In this document: one piece after another, positions 16,345-27,612 of the stretch | How positions within the stretch are numbered: the first letter of the stretch is position 1 | Layout of the letters: each line of letters begins with the position of its first letter | Virus record (IMG/VR): IMGVR_UViG_3300037851_000103 | Coordinates: 1 to 64,000 of that record | Length of the DNA stretch: 64,000 bases | Direction: 5' to 3' (one strand) | From: a virus | Lineage: Duplodnaviria > Caudoviricetes | Translations under genes and position numbers: made by a program | The notes under the pieces: generated by a model | The model's database searches: none | Seen by the model: only the letters and a program-made list of their open reading frames with translations | Told to the model about the DNA's origin: nothing

Positions 16345-19209
16345 ATGGTAAATTATTTTAATAATTTTAAAGAAATGATTGAAAATTCTTTGAAAAATCA
16401 AAGAAGTGAATCTCCTATTATCGAAAATACTCCTGATGATACTATTATTTTAAAAAATATTGAAGATAATGTTGAAATAATTTTGGATAATATTGAAAAA
16501 AATAGTAATATTAAAGATGATATTGAAATTAAAAAAAGTAATGAACAAATTATTGAAACATTTGAAAAAAATCAAAAAATTATTGATAATATTATTGATA
16601 AATCAGAAGATGTTTCAGATACTATAACATTATTATCAGATACCGAAGATAATATAGAAATAATTATAGAAAATGAAGAAAAAATTAAAAAACAAAATGA
16701 AATAATTTTTAATAATTTTGATAATTATCATAAAAAAACAAATATTTTTATTAGAAGTTATAAGAATAGTATAGAAAATTATACTAAAATGATTGATATA
16801 ATTAAAACTAAAATAAACAAATCTAAAGATACTATAGGAAAACAATTTAATAATTGGATAGATCATATAGATTCAAAATTTGATAAGATTATTTCTAATG
16901 TTAAAAAGATTAATATAAAGACAATAGAGAATTATTTTGATACATTAGCCAAGAAGGAACCAATAACTTGTCGGATGGCAAATTTTGTTAAAGAGAAGTT
17001 AGGTAATTTTTTTGAAAAATATGCAACCCCGATATTTAATTTTTTTTCATTTGAATTTGAAACCGTTAAGAATGTATTAACATTTATAGGAAAATCAGGA
17101 TTTAAAATATTTTCATGGATAATGAATATTGGAACCTTTGTTGTTGAAAAATTATGGTCAACTATAAAATGGTTATCAAAAATTGGTTGGGAATTTATAT
17201 CAACAACGTTTAATGTTATTTCAAGTTTAGCCAAGAAGGGGTTCAATTTTTTCATGGATATAATGATAGAAGTATTATCAAATCCATTAGTAGTATTAGC
17301 TATTGGAGTTGCAATTTGGTGGAAAGGTTCTGCTATAATTAAATTTTTTAAAGATTATATTCAACCCTTAATAGGAAAATTTTGGGATACGTTAAAATCA
17401 TCATTTGAAAAAGTATTTGCGACTACCAATGATTTTTTAATTAATATTGGATTAACAGAAGATAGAAAGAATACAATTTGGAGTTATTTTGATGATATAT
17501 TTACATTTGTATTTAATAATAATGTTGTTAAAGGTTGGATTGATACGACTTTTATGACCTTATTTGGTATGTCTTATACAGATATGTATAATGTTACATC
17601 ATCTTGGGTTTCTGATACAATTAAAACCTCTTGGAATAAATTTAAAGAATTTTGGGATGATGTTGAAGTTGGAAATTTATCTGAACAATTTATGGATTTC
17701 GTTAAAGATTGGAAACTTGTTTGGAATGTTTTAACAAGAGGGACCACATTTCAGACAGAAATTCAAAGAATGGATTTGCAAGATGCTATTCCTGATTTGA
17801 TAAAAAATAAATTGTTAGATTATACGCAAATGATGACACAATCTATAGTTGCGTCAAAAATAGCAAGTACCCCGATTACTAAAATAGATATTGGTGGTAT
17901 TCAAAAACTAAAAAACGTAGTATTAAATGAAGTTAATACATCTATTGACAATTTAATTTTAAAATTTTCTGATTATGATCTAACTAATTTACAATCATAT
18001 CTTAAAATTAAAGCGAAACAATCATTAGATTCTTTAGATTTATCTAAAATGTTATCCATGGATAAAGAAAAATTGAAAGATGAAAGTGTTCTTCTAGAAT
18101 CATCTATTAATTTATTTCGTCAGAATATTTTAACTGATACAAAAAATTTAACAGAAATGGTTAATACGGCAACAGATTTAACAGATGCAACCAATAAATT
18201 AATTAAATTAACATCAATGACTATAGAAAGTTTTAGTAGTATAACCCCCCAAATTGTTGGATATATAGAAGATTATAAAAAAAGTGCTATGGAATTGAAT
18301 GATAGATTAATGGTATCAGCAGAAACAATTAATTATAATTTAAATGATAATATTAATAAATTATACAATAAAGATGTTTCATTACTTAAATCCCGCGAAT
18401 TTATTAAAGAATATTTTAGATTAATATCAATAATGGCAATTGCTACTAATCAAAATGATTTCGAATCCGCAACACAACAATTTGGGTCATTATTTCAAAA
18501 ATTTGGATTGCCAATAACTACATATGAAGCGAGTATTATCACTAAATTTAATAAATTTAATATTATAAATGAACAACTTAATACATTATTATTAAAAGGT
18601 GTATTAATGGAATGGAATAAAGATTTATCAAAAAAGAGAATAAGTTTTGATAAATCTTTAAATTTTGCTGAAATTCCGAATTATGGATTATCATTACAAC
18701 AAATACAAAAGGCATATGAATTAGGAATGATGTTGGGGCATTCTCAATTTTTCTCTGAATTGCATCCAATGCTTCAAGCGCAAATATATACTGATCTACT
18801 ATCAAAAGAATCAGAATTAAAATATGAAAAATTTAAACATCTAATTAAATATTATTATGAAAAAGATGGTTTTGTTAATTATGAATGGGTTAAAAAAGAA
18901 GCAGAACGTGTTGGACCTTATAGCATAAATCCAAATTCTGTTGAACAAATGGAAGTTGGAAAATATGTGACCAAACCAACTTTAGCATTAATTGGCGAAG
19001 GAAAATCGCCTGAATTAGTTGTTCCTATGAATAAAAAAGGTATTGAATTTATATATCAGACAATACAAGATAAGTTAGACACATACATTTCAGATACTCA
19101 TAAAGATAATATACAAGTTATTCAAGAATATTCAAATTCAATTATCTCACAACCTGACGAAATGATTTTCAATCTTAAAAATTTAGCTATGGGGGTTATT
19201 AATAAATGA
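16345..19209 (+). CDS. tape-measure-like protein 1
   Basis: Long helical protein with Trp/Phe-periodic amphipathic repeats and a C-terminal KYVTKPTLALIGEGKSPELVVPMN motif typical of tape measure proteins; follows the chaperone-like pair. Confidence 0.78.
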   Translation: MVNYFNNFKEMIENSLKNQRSESPIIENTPDDTIILKNIEDNVEIILDNIEKNSNIKDDIEIKKSNEQIIETFEKNQKIIDNIIDKSEDVSDTITLLSDTEDNIEIIIENEEKIKKQNEIIFNNFDNYHKKTNIFIRSYKNSIENYTKMIDIIKTKINKSKDTIGKQFNNWIDHIDSKFDKIISNVKKINIKTIENYFDTLAKKEPITCRMANFVKEKLGNFFEKYATPIFNFFSFEFETVKNVLTFIGKSGFKIFSWIMNIGTFVVEKLWSTIKWLSKIGWEFISTTFNVISSLAKKGFNFFMDIMIEVLSNPLVVLAIGVAIWWKGSAIIKFFKDYIQPLIGKFWDTLKSSFEKVFATTNDFLINIGLTEDRKNTIWSYFDDIFTFVFNNNVVKGWIDTTFMTLFGMSYTDMYNVTSSWVSDTIKTSWNKFKEFWDDVEVGNLSEQFMDFVKDWKLVWNVLTRGTTFQTEIQRMDLQDAIPDLIKNKLLDYTQMMTQSIVASKIASTPITKIDIGGIQKLKNVVLNEVNTSIDNLILKFSDYDLTNLQSYLKIKAKQSLDSLDLSKMLSMDKEKLKDESVLLESSINLFRQNILTDTKNLTEMVNTATDLTDATNKLIKLTSMTIESFSSITPQIVGYIEDYKKSAMELNDRLMVSAETINYNLNDNINKLYNKDVSLLKSREFIKEYFRLISIMAIATNQNDFESATQQFGSLFQKFGLPITTYEASIITKFNKFNIINEQLNTLLLKGVLMEWNKDLSKKRISFDKSLNFAEIPNYGLSLQQIQKAYELGMMLGHSQFFSELHPMLQAQIYTDLLSKESELKYEKFKHLIKYYYEKDGFVNYEWVKKEAERVGPYSINPNSVEQMEVGKYVTKPTLALIGEGKSPELVVPMNKKGIEFIYQTIQDKLDTYISDTHKDNIQVIQEYSNSIISQPDEMIFNLKNLAMGVINK

Positions 19210-21848
19210 CACCCGACGTAGCATTGACAATACTAAAATTAGAACTTAAAAAATTAAAATCTGAAGATATTCCAAAAAGTATTTTAGAAAATAATATCGA
19301 AAAAATTGAAACTATTCATGAAAATACTTCTAAATTGAAATCAGAAGTACATGATTATAATAATGAATTGCAAGAATATCTAGATGACCAAAATAAAGAG
19401 TTAGAAAATGCTCAAAAGCATTTAAATGATAATAATACTATCATTCTTAAAACTACCAATAATATTGAAATTAATGTTGATGATGCTATTGAAGCATCTA
19501 AAGAAAATTTAGATGAATTAAAATTAAAACCAGACGAAATTAATATTCATATAGATAATCAAGAAAAAGAAAAAACTATTATTACTAATAAAAATACAAT
19601 TTTACAAGAAAAAACAAAATATTTTAATTCAATTACTGATATTCTTCGTAATCATTTAAATATTATCAAAAATTATTTACAAAATGATTTTTTAAATAAA
19701 GAAAAACAATTATCAACAAAAATAATGAATGATTTAGTTTCGATAAAAAATGTATTTAAAAATATATCTTTAATTGGTCTTGGTAATATTATGTGCGTTA
19801 TTGATATAGGATGGGGTTTAATTAAAAATACTTACAAATATTTATTGTCCAAGCCTATTGCTTTTATATATAAGAAATTAGATTCCGCATTATTATCTAT
19901 TCCTATAATTAGTGCAATGTGGTCAACATTAAAAACTATTGTATATTGGAGTGTTGCGTATCCAATAAAAAAGTTTATATCATTTAGTATGTCTGCCTTA
20001 TCTTATGTTTGGAAAGGCATATCAGTTATTTTTAATGTTGGATATGCGGTGGTCGAAAAGGTGGTTTCTATCGTGGGTACTGGATTGTATTATTTTGGAA
20101 GGTGGTGGACTTCCTTATTAATTAAAAGTTTGTCAAATCCTTTTTATTGGGTACTTGGCATACCTATGCTTATATTTACCTTTGGTACAATTTTAAATGC
20201 AATAACAACCTCTTCTATTTTTATTGATTGGATAGTTAAAGTATTATTTACGTCTTTTAATATAGGAAAAACCATTGGTGGATTTTTATGGGATACCGTT
20301 GATTCTATTTTTACTTGGATAAAAAATTATATATTCTTTTATACAGATTTTAATGATATGTTTAACAATACCTTTAAATCAATTGAAGGATTATTTGTAT
20401 ATATGTTAGGAAAAGATAATGTTGATATATTTAAAAATTGGTATAATACTGGAAAAGAATGGGTAATCTGGATTAAAAATACTTCAATTAAAGTTCTTAA
20501 TTATATTACTCCATTTTTTACTATGATTGGGGGATTTTTAAAAGAAATTCAAACAGAAGGATTTTTAGTTTGGATAGTTAATCAATTTGAAAAATTCAAT
20601 TTTGGTTATGGAGAACCATTTAAACAACAATTTCTTAGTTGGATTAAAGAAAAAATAGGGGCAAAATATACCGCACCATATATTTTAACTAAAAAAGAAT
20701 TGAAAAAAGTATCAAAAGATTTATCACAAGATTTATTAATTCAATATTATCTTAATTATGAAAATTTAAATATTCCTCCTGATTTAATATTACAAAAAAT
20801 TTCTAAAGAAAATATCCCAGAATTGCGAGAATTATTTAAAGATTCTTTATCAGAATATTCAATATCACAATTATTAGATAATTTACCTCAACAAATTGAA
20901 TTGTTTAAACGTGGACAATTACCTATAGCTTCGGCACAACAAATTCAACAACGTATGCAATATCGTCAAAATTTACAAATAATTCAAAAACATATGAAAT
21001 CATTAAAAATGTCTGATACTACCTTTAAAGATTTAACACAAAATCTTAAAATATTAACAGAAAATTCTAAAAATATCAAAAATCAACATACCAATCAAAT
21101 ATTGACTATAGATACTATTAACGATCAAATTGTTTCAAAAATAAATAACATAAATGAAAAACATAATGCTTTATCAAAAATTACTGATACTTTAAAAAAT
21201 GAATTAGAAGAAATGAATCCAAAACAATTAGCAGAAAGTTTAAGAGATTGGTCTGTTTTAGGGGTTCAACCGTGGAAACTGACTGAAGATGTTTTTGCAA
21301 CTGGATTAGCTACCGGAATTAATATTTTAACCCCCACTCAAAGACAACATCATGAACGATATGATGCAAAAATGACAAAATTATTATATGAGGCAGATAC
21401 ATCAACCCAAGAAATGTCTATAAATAAAGCATTTTCTTCAAATCCTTATACAAAATATTTTTTTAATGATTTTGTAAAATCTTTATTTAATAATGCTTAT
21501 AATAATACTGCTTTTAAAATAAATCCATTAAATATGCCATATTCAAATGAATATTTACAATCTAAATCTGAAAATAAAACTTCAGATATTGAGATTCCTA
21601 AAACATTTAACATTACAAAACATGAAAATGGCGGAATTTTAGGTACTGGTGTGATGAATCTTGATAATCAAACATTAGAATATGTAAAAAATCAAACAAA
21701 AGATATTGATATAGATTTTGATAAAATAACTAATAATAACACCAAAAAAATAATTTATAAAAAAATAAGCCAACCAACCCCAATATCAGGGGAAACTTAT
21801 GAACTATACACCATGAAACAATTGGCAAAATCCATCATAGAAATATAA
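19206..21848 (+). CDS. tape-measure-like protein 2 (paralog)
   Basis: Same layout as 16345: charged coiled coil, Trp-periodic hydrophobic region, LSNP motif, ENGGILG near the C-terminus. ATGA overlap. Confidence 0.65.
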   Translation: MTPDVALTILKLELKKLKSEDIPKSILENNIEKIETIHENTSKLKSEVHDYNNELQEYLDDQNKELENAQKHLNDNNTIILKTTNNIEINVDDAIEASKENLDELKLKPDEINIHIDNQEKEKTIITNKNTILQEKTKYFNSITDILRNHLNIIKNYLQNDFLNKEKQLSTKIMNDLVSIKNVFKNISLIGLGNIMCVIDIGWGLIKNTYKYLLSKPIAFIYKKLDSALLSIPIISAMWSTLKTIVYWSVAYPIKKFISFSMSALSYVWKGISVIFNVGYAVVEKVVSIVGTGLYYFGRWWTSLLIKSLSNPFYWVLGIPMLIFTFGTILNAITTSSIFIDWIVKVLFTSFNIGKTIGGFLWDTVDSIFTWIKNYIFFYTDFNDMFNNTFKSIEGLFVYMLGKDNVDIFKNWYNTGKEWVIWIKNTSIKVLNYITPFFTMIGGFLKEIQTEGFLVWIVNQFEKFNFGYGEPFKQQFLSWIKEKIGAKYTAPYILTKKELKKVSKDLSQDLLIQYYLNYENLNIPPDLILQKISKENIPELRELFKDSLSEYSISQLLDNLPQQIELFKRGQLPIASAQQIQQRMQYRQNLQIIQKHMKSLKMSDTTFKDLTQNLKILTENSKNIKNQHTNQILTIDTINDQIVSKINNINEKHNALSKITDTLKNELEEMNPKQLAESLRDWSVLGVQPWKLTEDVFATGLATGINILTPTQRQHHERYDAKMTKLLYEADTSTQEMSINKAFSSNPYTKYFFNDFVKSLFNNAYNNTAFKINPLNMPYSNEYLQSKSENKTSDIEIPKTFNITKHENGGILGTGVMNLDNQTLEYVKNQTKDIDIDFDKITNNNTKKIIYKKISQPTPISGETYELYTMKQLAKSIIEI

Positions 21849-21870
21849 ATTATTATAAAGAGGCAAAACT

Positions 21871-24015
21871 ATGGATGACAGACCACCCCCACAAAAAACC
21901 CCCTATGGCACAATTACTAATGAAACATTAACTGATATTTATGATGGTAAAAATACGTCTCCTAATACTCCAATTACCAATATTAATACTGGTGAGGACA
22001 TAAATTATAATAATCTTGAATTAAGTGCTGTTGATTCAAAACAATATGTATATACTCGTCCATCAACTGATACATCTAATGAACCAGTAACATTTGAAGA
22101 AGCAAAAACTATTAAATTTAAAAAAGATAAAGCTGAAGAAACCTATGCTTTAGAACAAAAAAAATTAGAAAATATTTATTATAGAAAATCAATAGAATAT
22201 AATAATAATCCAGAATCAATTAAAAACGATCCGGCAATAATTGCACAAAATGAAAAAGTAAACGAATCTAAAGAAAAGTTGGCAGATATTAATCAGACTA
22301 TTACAAATGCTAGTACTGCTCCTGATGGTGAAGTTAATTTGTTAAAAGCCGGGTTAACTGCTCAAGATATAGATAATGCTAAAAAACAAGAATCTTTAAA
22401 TGTTGCCGGAAATGTAACTACTAAATCTGATTTAGGAAATTTAGCAAAAACAGCAAATTCAGAAAATGTTGGAAAACGCCAAACTGGTTTTGAAAATGTT
22501 AATAATTCGGCCCCATTTTATTTTCAAATGCCAACATTAAAATCTATTACAGACTTTAGAATGAAAAATGGATATAGTCCATACGGGGCAAAAGGATCTG
22601 GAGAAATCGCAAGAGACGCAGTTCATTTTTCTATGTTTGATTTGAATCCGCCAGCACCAAGAGCAAATATAAACTCAAATAATATAATAACTAATGAAGT
22701 AAGAGATCAAGGTACAAATTTAATAGGAACTTTTACTATTTATCCAAATAATCAGGATTGGCTTTCTTTATCACATACTCATAAATGGGGTAATGATATG
22801 TTATCATCTATTGTAAATACAGCCAATACTGCTCTGGGGCTTGTTGATAATCTTCAATCATTAATTTCATTGGCTGGAAACATTACAGAAGGAGCAACAT
22901 TAAATCAAGAACAAGCAGCCTCACAAAGAATCTCAAGAAAAATTGATATGATTGATACTTATCAGTCAAGTGAAAAATTGACAGTTAATATACCATTTAT
23001 ATTGTTTACCAAAGATAATTTTTTGGAAGATGTATATAAACCTTTATTACTTCTTACTGCAATGACATATCCAAAACGATTAATTTCTGGTGATTTATTT
23101 TCGGACATTGAAAAATTATTAACTCAAGCTGACGATGCTTCAAAAAATTTAAATGAAGAAAACCTATTTAAATCAGCATTGACCACCGCAACTGGCGCTA
23201 CTAGAGAATTCGTAAAAAATAATAAAAATGCGGCAAATGATTTTGAAAAAAATGCCGGAAAATTGGGAGGTTATGGATTATTTAGATATAATGTATCAAA
23301 ACGACCAGAATATATGACAATGAGACACGCTTCGGGATTAATATATTTTCCGTTAGCATACATAGATAGTATTAAATACACCTTTAAAGGCCCATGGTAT
23401 AATTATAATGGACAACCATTTAGCAATGCCTCAACAACTGGTCAAATAGAAAAAGTATTATTGAATGGTTTAGACAATATTAATGCAACTTCTGGCGGGG
23501 GGGCGTTTGATAGATTTGGAAGAAATATAAAAAATACCTTTACCCAACTTGGACAAAATTTCCAAAATGCTGGATTGGCAGTTAGAAATGAAGGTCAACT
23601 TGCCGCTAGAAATATAGTTGGAAATAAAATCCCCCAACCTCAAGTAGGCCCAATAGGAACCTCATTCCATTCAACCCCAACCAACCCCAACATTATTCCC
23701 GGCGATCCAGATTATAAAATGATGGTAGCGTATCCATCCCAAGCTGAAGTTTCGATTACCGTTAGAAACGCAGCCCCTTTATTTAGGGATGATTTTATGC
23801 AATTGTTTTTTGGTGCCTCAAATGAACAAGATTTAGTAAATGTTACTGTCCAGCAAACAGGACAAGGCAATTTAATAACTCCATCTGGTGAAACAATTCG
23901 GCGTCCAGTAGGTATGAATGCTGGAGACTTGCCTAGACCAACTAAGGGCATTTCGACCCAAAAAAATACTGCTGTTAATGCTAAAACTGCAACTAAATCA
24001 TCAACAGGACAATAA
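21871..24015 (+). CDS. baseplate tail-tube cap/initiator, gp48-like, with N-terminal extension
   Basis: SLSHTHKWG, TYQSSEKLTVNIPFILF...LLLLTAMTYP, AYIDSIKYTF, YPSQAEVSITV pattern; directly precedes the gp53-like gene. Confidence 0.55.
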   Translation: MDDRPPPQKTPYGTITNETLTDIYDGKNTSPNTPITNINTGEDINYNNLELSAVDSKQYVYTRPSTDTSNEPVTFEEAKTIKFKKDKAEETYALEQKKLENIYYRKSIEYNNNPESIKNDPAIIAQNEKVNESKEKLADINQTITNASTAPDGEVNLLKAGLTAQDIDNAKKQESLNVAGNVTTKSDLGNLAKTANSENVGKRQTGFENVNNSAPFYFQMPTLKSITDFRMKNGYSPYGAKGSGEIARDAVHFSMFDLNPPAPRANINSNNIITNEVRDQGTNLIGTFTIYPNNQDWLSLSHTHKWGNDMLSSIVNTANTALGLVDNLQSLISLAGNITEGATLNQEQAASQRISRKIDMIDTYQSSEKLTVNIPFILFTKDNFLEDVYKPLLLLTAMTYPKRLISGDLFSDIEKLLTQADDASKNLNEENLFKSALTTATGATREFVKNNKNAANDFEKNAGKLGGYGLFRYNVSKRPEYMTMRHASGLIYFPLAYIDSIKYTFKGPWYNYNGQPFSNASTTGQIEKVLLNGLDNINATSGGGAFDRFGRNIKNTFTQLGQNFQNAGLAVRNEGQLAARNIVGNKIPQPQVGPIGTSFHSTPTNPNIIPGDPDYKMMVAYPSQAEVSITVRNAAPLFRDDFMQLFFGASNEQDLVNVTVQQTGQGNLITPSGETIRRPVGMNAGDLPRPTKGISTQKNTAVNAKTATKSSTGQ

Positions 24016-24017
24016 AT

Positions 24018-24422
24018 ATGCCATATAATAATATTCCGCCCACAAGTTTCATGAATTTATTTAAAGAGATTGTATATGATAAAATACAATCTCCAAAACC
24101 AATGTTAGACATTTGGGATGCAATTCAAATTGGAGGATTTAATAAAAATCAATTGAGATATTTTCAAATGCATAAAGTATCTGTTGGCGAAACTTGGGTT
24201 TCTCTATCAAAATATTATTATAATGATGAAAGATTATGGTGGGTAATTCCATTATTCAATGATGTATTTGATCCATTTATTATTTTTGATGATGAAATAA
24301 AATCTTCTGAAATAGAAATGTTACAGGTTTTACGAAATGAATACATTAATGAATTATTATTATTAGCAAGACAACAGAAAATAAATAACAATCCGAATAA
24401 AATAGATAAATTTGAAGGATAA
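24018..24422 (+). CDS. gp53: baseplate wedge protein, T4 gp53-like (LysM-like)
   Basis: VSVGETWVSLSKYYYNDERLWWVIPLFNDVFDP. Confidence 0.85.
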   Translation: MPYNNIPPTSFMNLFKEIVYDKIQSPKPMLDIWDAIQIGGFNKNQLRYFQMHKVSVGETWVSLSKYYYNDERLWWVIPLFNDVFDPFIIFDDEIKSSEIEMLQVLRNEYINELLLLARQQKINNNPNKIDKFEG

Positions 24423-24425
24423 ACT

Positions 24426-25964
24426 ATGGTTGACGGAATCCAACAATTAGATGAAATTTCTATAAGTTGTTATTTAAACAGAGGGCCAAATTTTAAATAT
24501 TTAAAAAATGATGAATTGTTAAACGCTAAAAATTATTTAGGAAACCCAATATCAATAGAAATTCATTCATCAATTAATGGATTTTACAGGTATGGAAGTA
24601 TTACTTTTCATGATACTATAGGATTTAGAGAAACCCTACCATTAACCGGAAATGATATATTAACGGTATTTTATAAAAATAAGCATAATGTGAATGATTC
24701 ATTAACGGGAAGATTAATTCATTTTAATATTTTTGATATGGAAGAAATCCAACTTAGACCAGCATCATCAAAAGAAGAACGGCATACATTAAAAGCAATA
24801 AAAATGCATATTATTGAAGCACCATTTTATCTATTTTTAAATACATCAAAAATTAAAAAAATATATGGAACATCATCAGGAACAGGAAATGATAAATTAT
24901 TATCAATTTCTGATATTGTCGAAGAAATTTTTAGAGGAATATTTAATTCTAATTCTGAATTGATGGAATATTTTAATTTTTATTTTCAAACAACTAAAAA
25001 AATTAGTGGACAATTTTGTAATCCTAATTGGAATCATCAAAAATTCATAAAATATTTATTAGATTATGCTTCTGATAAGAATAATAGAGGTAATTTTAAA
25101 TTATTTACTACCTCTGATATTCAATCCGGAAAGATTAATATTGTTTTGAGAAATCCCACCCATATGTATTCATTACCATTTAAAGGTAAAATTTATGAAT
25201 ATTTTTTAAGTGATGAATCGACTTTAAATAATACAGATATATCAAATCCTTTAAATCAAATTGCGAATCAAAAATTAAATACTATTTATTATTATAAATT
25301 TTTAAATTATGATTTAAGTGCTATTACATCAGGATTTGGTGGTGGTACTATATATAATTATAATTATTTAAATGGAAATTATTCTGAAATTTGTAATACT
25401 TATACAAATATAAATACAAAATTGCCAACCACCAGTAATTATTTAATATGGAAGGATGAAATATCAAATTGGAATAATCAGGTATATTATGATGGTTCAA
25501 TGAGTGAGTTTTTATCTACAGATTATTTAAAAAATAAGATATTGGATAATCATCATCAATTAAGATGTATAATTTTGACCCTTATAAATGAAAATATAGA
25601 AATTGGTGATGTTATTTTAATAACATTTATGTCAGGAATGGTATCATTTACTAAAGGTGATTCTCATTTAATTGATGAACAAATGTCAGGATATTGGATA
25701 GTTGAAGAAATCAATGATATAGTCCATCAGGGTAAAGGTTATAGAAAATATATTTTAATGAAGGATTCATATTTCAATGTATATACGCCAAATGATTTAG
25801 ATGCTTCTAAGATATTACCTGTAAATAAATCTATTGCTAGTCATGATATAATTTATGATGAAAATGGTGTAAAAAGATTTAAAACCACATATTCAGATAA
25901 TTATAAAATATATAGTGAAGATGATAAATTTTCTGATAATTCTAATGGAGGATTAGTATTATGA
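24426..25964 (+). CDS. baseplate hub protein, gp27-like
   Basis: IEIHSSINGFYRYGSITFHDTIGFRETLPLTGNDIL N-terminus and MSGYWIVEEINDI...KDS C-terminus. Confidence 0.7.
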   Translation: MVDGIQQLDEISISCYLNRGPNFKYLKNDELLNAKNYLGNPISIEIHSSINGFYRYGSITFHDTIGFRETLPLTGNDILTVFYKNKHNVNDSLTGRLIHFNIFDMEEIQLRPASSKEERHTLKAIKMHIIEAPFYLFLNTSKIKKIYGTSSGTGNDKLLSISDIVEEIFRGIFNSNSELMEYFNFYFQTTKKISGQFCNPNWNHQKFIKYLLDYASDKNNRGNFKLFTTSDIQSGKINIVLRNPTHMYSLPFKGKIYEYFLSDESTLNNTDISNPLNQIANQKLNTIYYYKFLNYDLSAITSGFGGGTIYNYNYLNGNYSEICNTYTNINTKLPTTSNYLIWKDEISNWNNQVYYDGSMSEFLSTDYLKNKILDNHHQLRCIILTLINENIEIGDVILITFMSGMVSFTKGDSHLIDEQMSGYWIVEEINDIVHQGKGYRKYILMKDSYFNVYTPNDLDASKILPVNKSIASHDIIYDENGVKRFKTTYSDNYKIYSEDDKFSDNSNGGLVL

Positions 25965-26083
25965 ATGATGAAATTACAATATATAATTATTCTGTTTGTG
26001 AAATTGAAATTATTATAGAGGAAAATAATTTAATAACATTGGCAATGATTTCTGATGATGATAATGAGATTTTATATAAATAA
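25961..26083 (+). CDS. small acidic hypothetical protein, 40 aa (not in ORF track)
   Basis: MNDEITIYNYSVCEIEIIIEENNLITLAMISDDDNEILYK*. GGAGG SD; ATGA overlap with the hub gene stop. Confidence 0.55.
   Translation: MNDEITIYNYSVCEIEIIIEENNLITLAMISDDDNEILYK
26075..26082 (+). promoter_or_regulatory. T4-type late promoter TATAAATA
   Basis: Exact motif upstream of ORF 26099. Confidence 0.55.
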
Positions 26084-26098
26084 TAAAAAGGACCACAA

Positions 26099-26446
26099 AT
26101 GGAAACTGATAAAGTATATAGAAGAGGTAATGCGATAACATTTGTTATTAAACATAAGCCATTTATTGATTTAAGTATACCTCCTAGTGCCAATGATTAT
26201 AGACCAGCATCGTGTGTCAATATTTCTATTTATGATGAAACATTAAACGAGACATTATTAAATTGTCAAACTATGACTGCGGTTCCAAATAGACCAGGAT
26301 GGTATTTTTATAGGTATCAAACCACAACATCCCATCAACCGGGGTTATATACTGCTATTATTACAGTTATTACAACTATTGATAATACTGATTATACAAC
26401 CAGACAAGTCCAAGAATTTCGATTGGTGGATGATAATATTTTATGA
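26099..26446 (+). CDS. hypothetical virion protein, probable Ig-like beta fold
   Basis: Beta-strand pattern PGWYFYRYQT...PGLYTAIITV; AAAGGA SD. Confidence 0.5.
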   Translation: METDKVYRRGNAITFVIKHKPFIDLSIPPSANDYRPASCVNISIYDETLNETLLNCQTMTAVPNRPGWYFYRYQTTTSHQPGLYTAIITVITTIDNTDYTTRQVQEFRLVDDNIL

Positions 26447-27168
26447 GTAGTTCTGAACCAAATACCATTTTAGAAATTAATGAAAGTCATACTGACAATT
26501 TTATATTAGTCATTCCACATCTTCCCACAACTGTATTTTTAAGTAGTTCATTTCAATCATATACAAAACCCAATTATTTTACCTCAACTGTATCAACTTC
26601 TAGCGGGGAATGTGGTGATGGTCCTGAATTTCAAGGAAATACAACAGGGACCAGTGGAACATCAGGTTCTTGTAATGAAAGTACTGACACTACAAGATCA
26701 AAAATAATAAGAGAAACCAATATTGATTTGCAAAATTTTATGTTGTATTTAACTGATGTAACTTTACCTGATGTTAGCATTGATAAAGTGACTATTGACA
26801 CCCCATTTGCCACATTATCAAGACCTAGAAAAATTAAATTTGGCGATCTTTCTATATCTATGAAAATTTCGGAAAATTTAATAAACTATAATGCAATTTT
26901 ATATTGGTTATATGCGTTACATAATCCTGAAGAATTTAATAAATTAAGTGGCAGAGGAATGATTAAATATTTCTTTCAAGAAGTTTATGTAATAATTAAA
27001 AATAACCACAGAGAAAAAGTAAGTGAATATAAGTTTATTGATGCCTTTCCATATACACTATCCTCATTGCCATTAACCTATAAAGATGCTGAAAATTTAA
27101 AATGCGATGTATTGTGGGGTCATTCAGGTATGGTTCCATCAGATAATTTCGTATTAAAATATGTATAA
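26443..27168 (+). CDS. gp3: tail tube terminator / sheath stabiliser, T4 gp3-like (tube fold)
   Basis: DVTLPDVSI...TPF...KIKFGDLSISMKISENLINYNAILYWL, YKFIDAFP..LS. Could instead be a gp54-like paralog. Confidence 0.7.
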   Translation: MSSSEPNTILEINESHTDNFILVIPHLPTTVFLSSSFQSYTKPNYFTSTVSTSSGECGDGPEFQGNTTGTSGTSGSCNESTDTTRSKIIRETNIDLQNFMLYLTDVTLPDVSIDKVTIDTPFATLSRPRKIKFGDLSISMKISENLINYNAILYWLYALHNPEEFNKLSGRGMIKYFFQEVYVIIKNNHREKVSEYKFIDAFPYTLSSLPLTYKDAENLKCDVLWGHSGMVPSDNFVLKYV

Positions 27169-27188
27169 TTATTTAAAAAGGATAAATT

Positions 27189-27608
27189 ATGAGTTGTAAT
27201 AGACCATTAAAAGAATTAGAATTGCAACCATGCAGATTCATGATAAAACAAATGGGTCCACGACCTGTTATTAAAAAAATACAATCAAACAGAATTACGG
27301 AACCAAGTGAAACCCCTGGAAAAATAAGAGTTCGTAAAACTATTCAAAAAACCGATGAAAATGGTCAATTATTATATGAAATTAAAAAAGTTGAAATTAA
27401 GAAAGGGTGCAAATGCAAAGGTAATCAACAAACTGTTATTGAAGAAAGAAAAGTTCCTATTACTGTCGATATTTGGGTAGAAGAAGACGCTCCGGTTGAA
27501 CCTGTCGCAGAAATAGTCGAAACTACGATGGAAAAATATGCAATATGTAAAATGTTTGGACAAGTTCCTTTCTCATATTGCCAGAAATGTTCAACATATC
27601 AAAAATAA
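27189..27608 (+). CDS. hypothetical protein with Cys clusters
   Basis: CKC and C..F...YCQKC motifs; AAGGA SD. Confidence 0.7.
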   Translation: MSCNRPLKELELQPCRFMIKQMGPRPVIKKIQSNRITEPSETPGKIRVRKTIQKTDENGQLLYEIKKVEIKKGCKCKGNQQTVIEERKVPITVDIWVEEDAPVEPVAEIVETTMEKYAICKMFGQVPFSYCQKCSTYQK

Positions 27609-27612
27609 TAAT

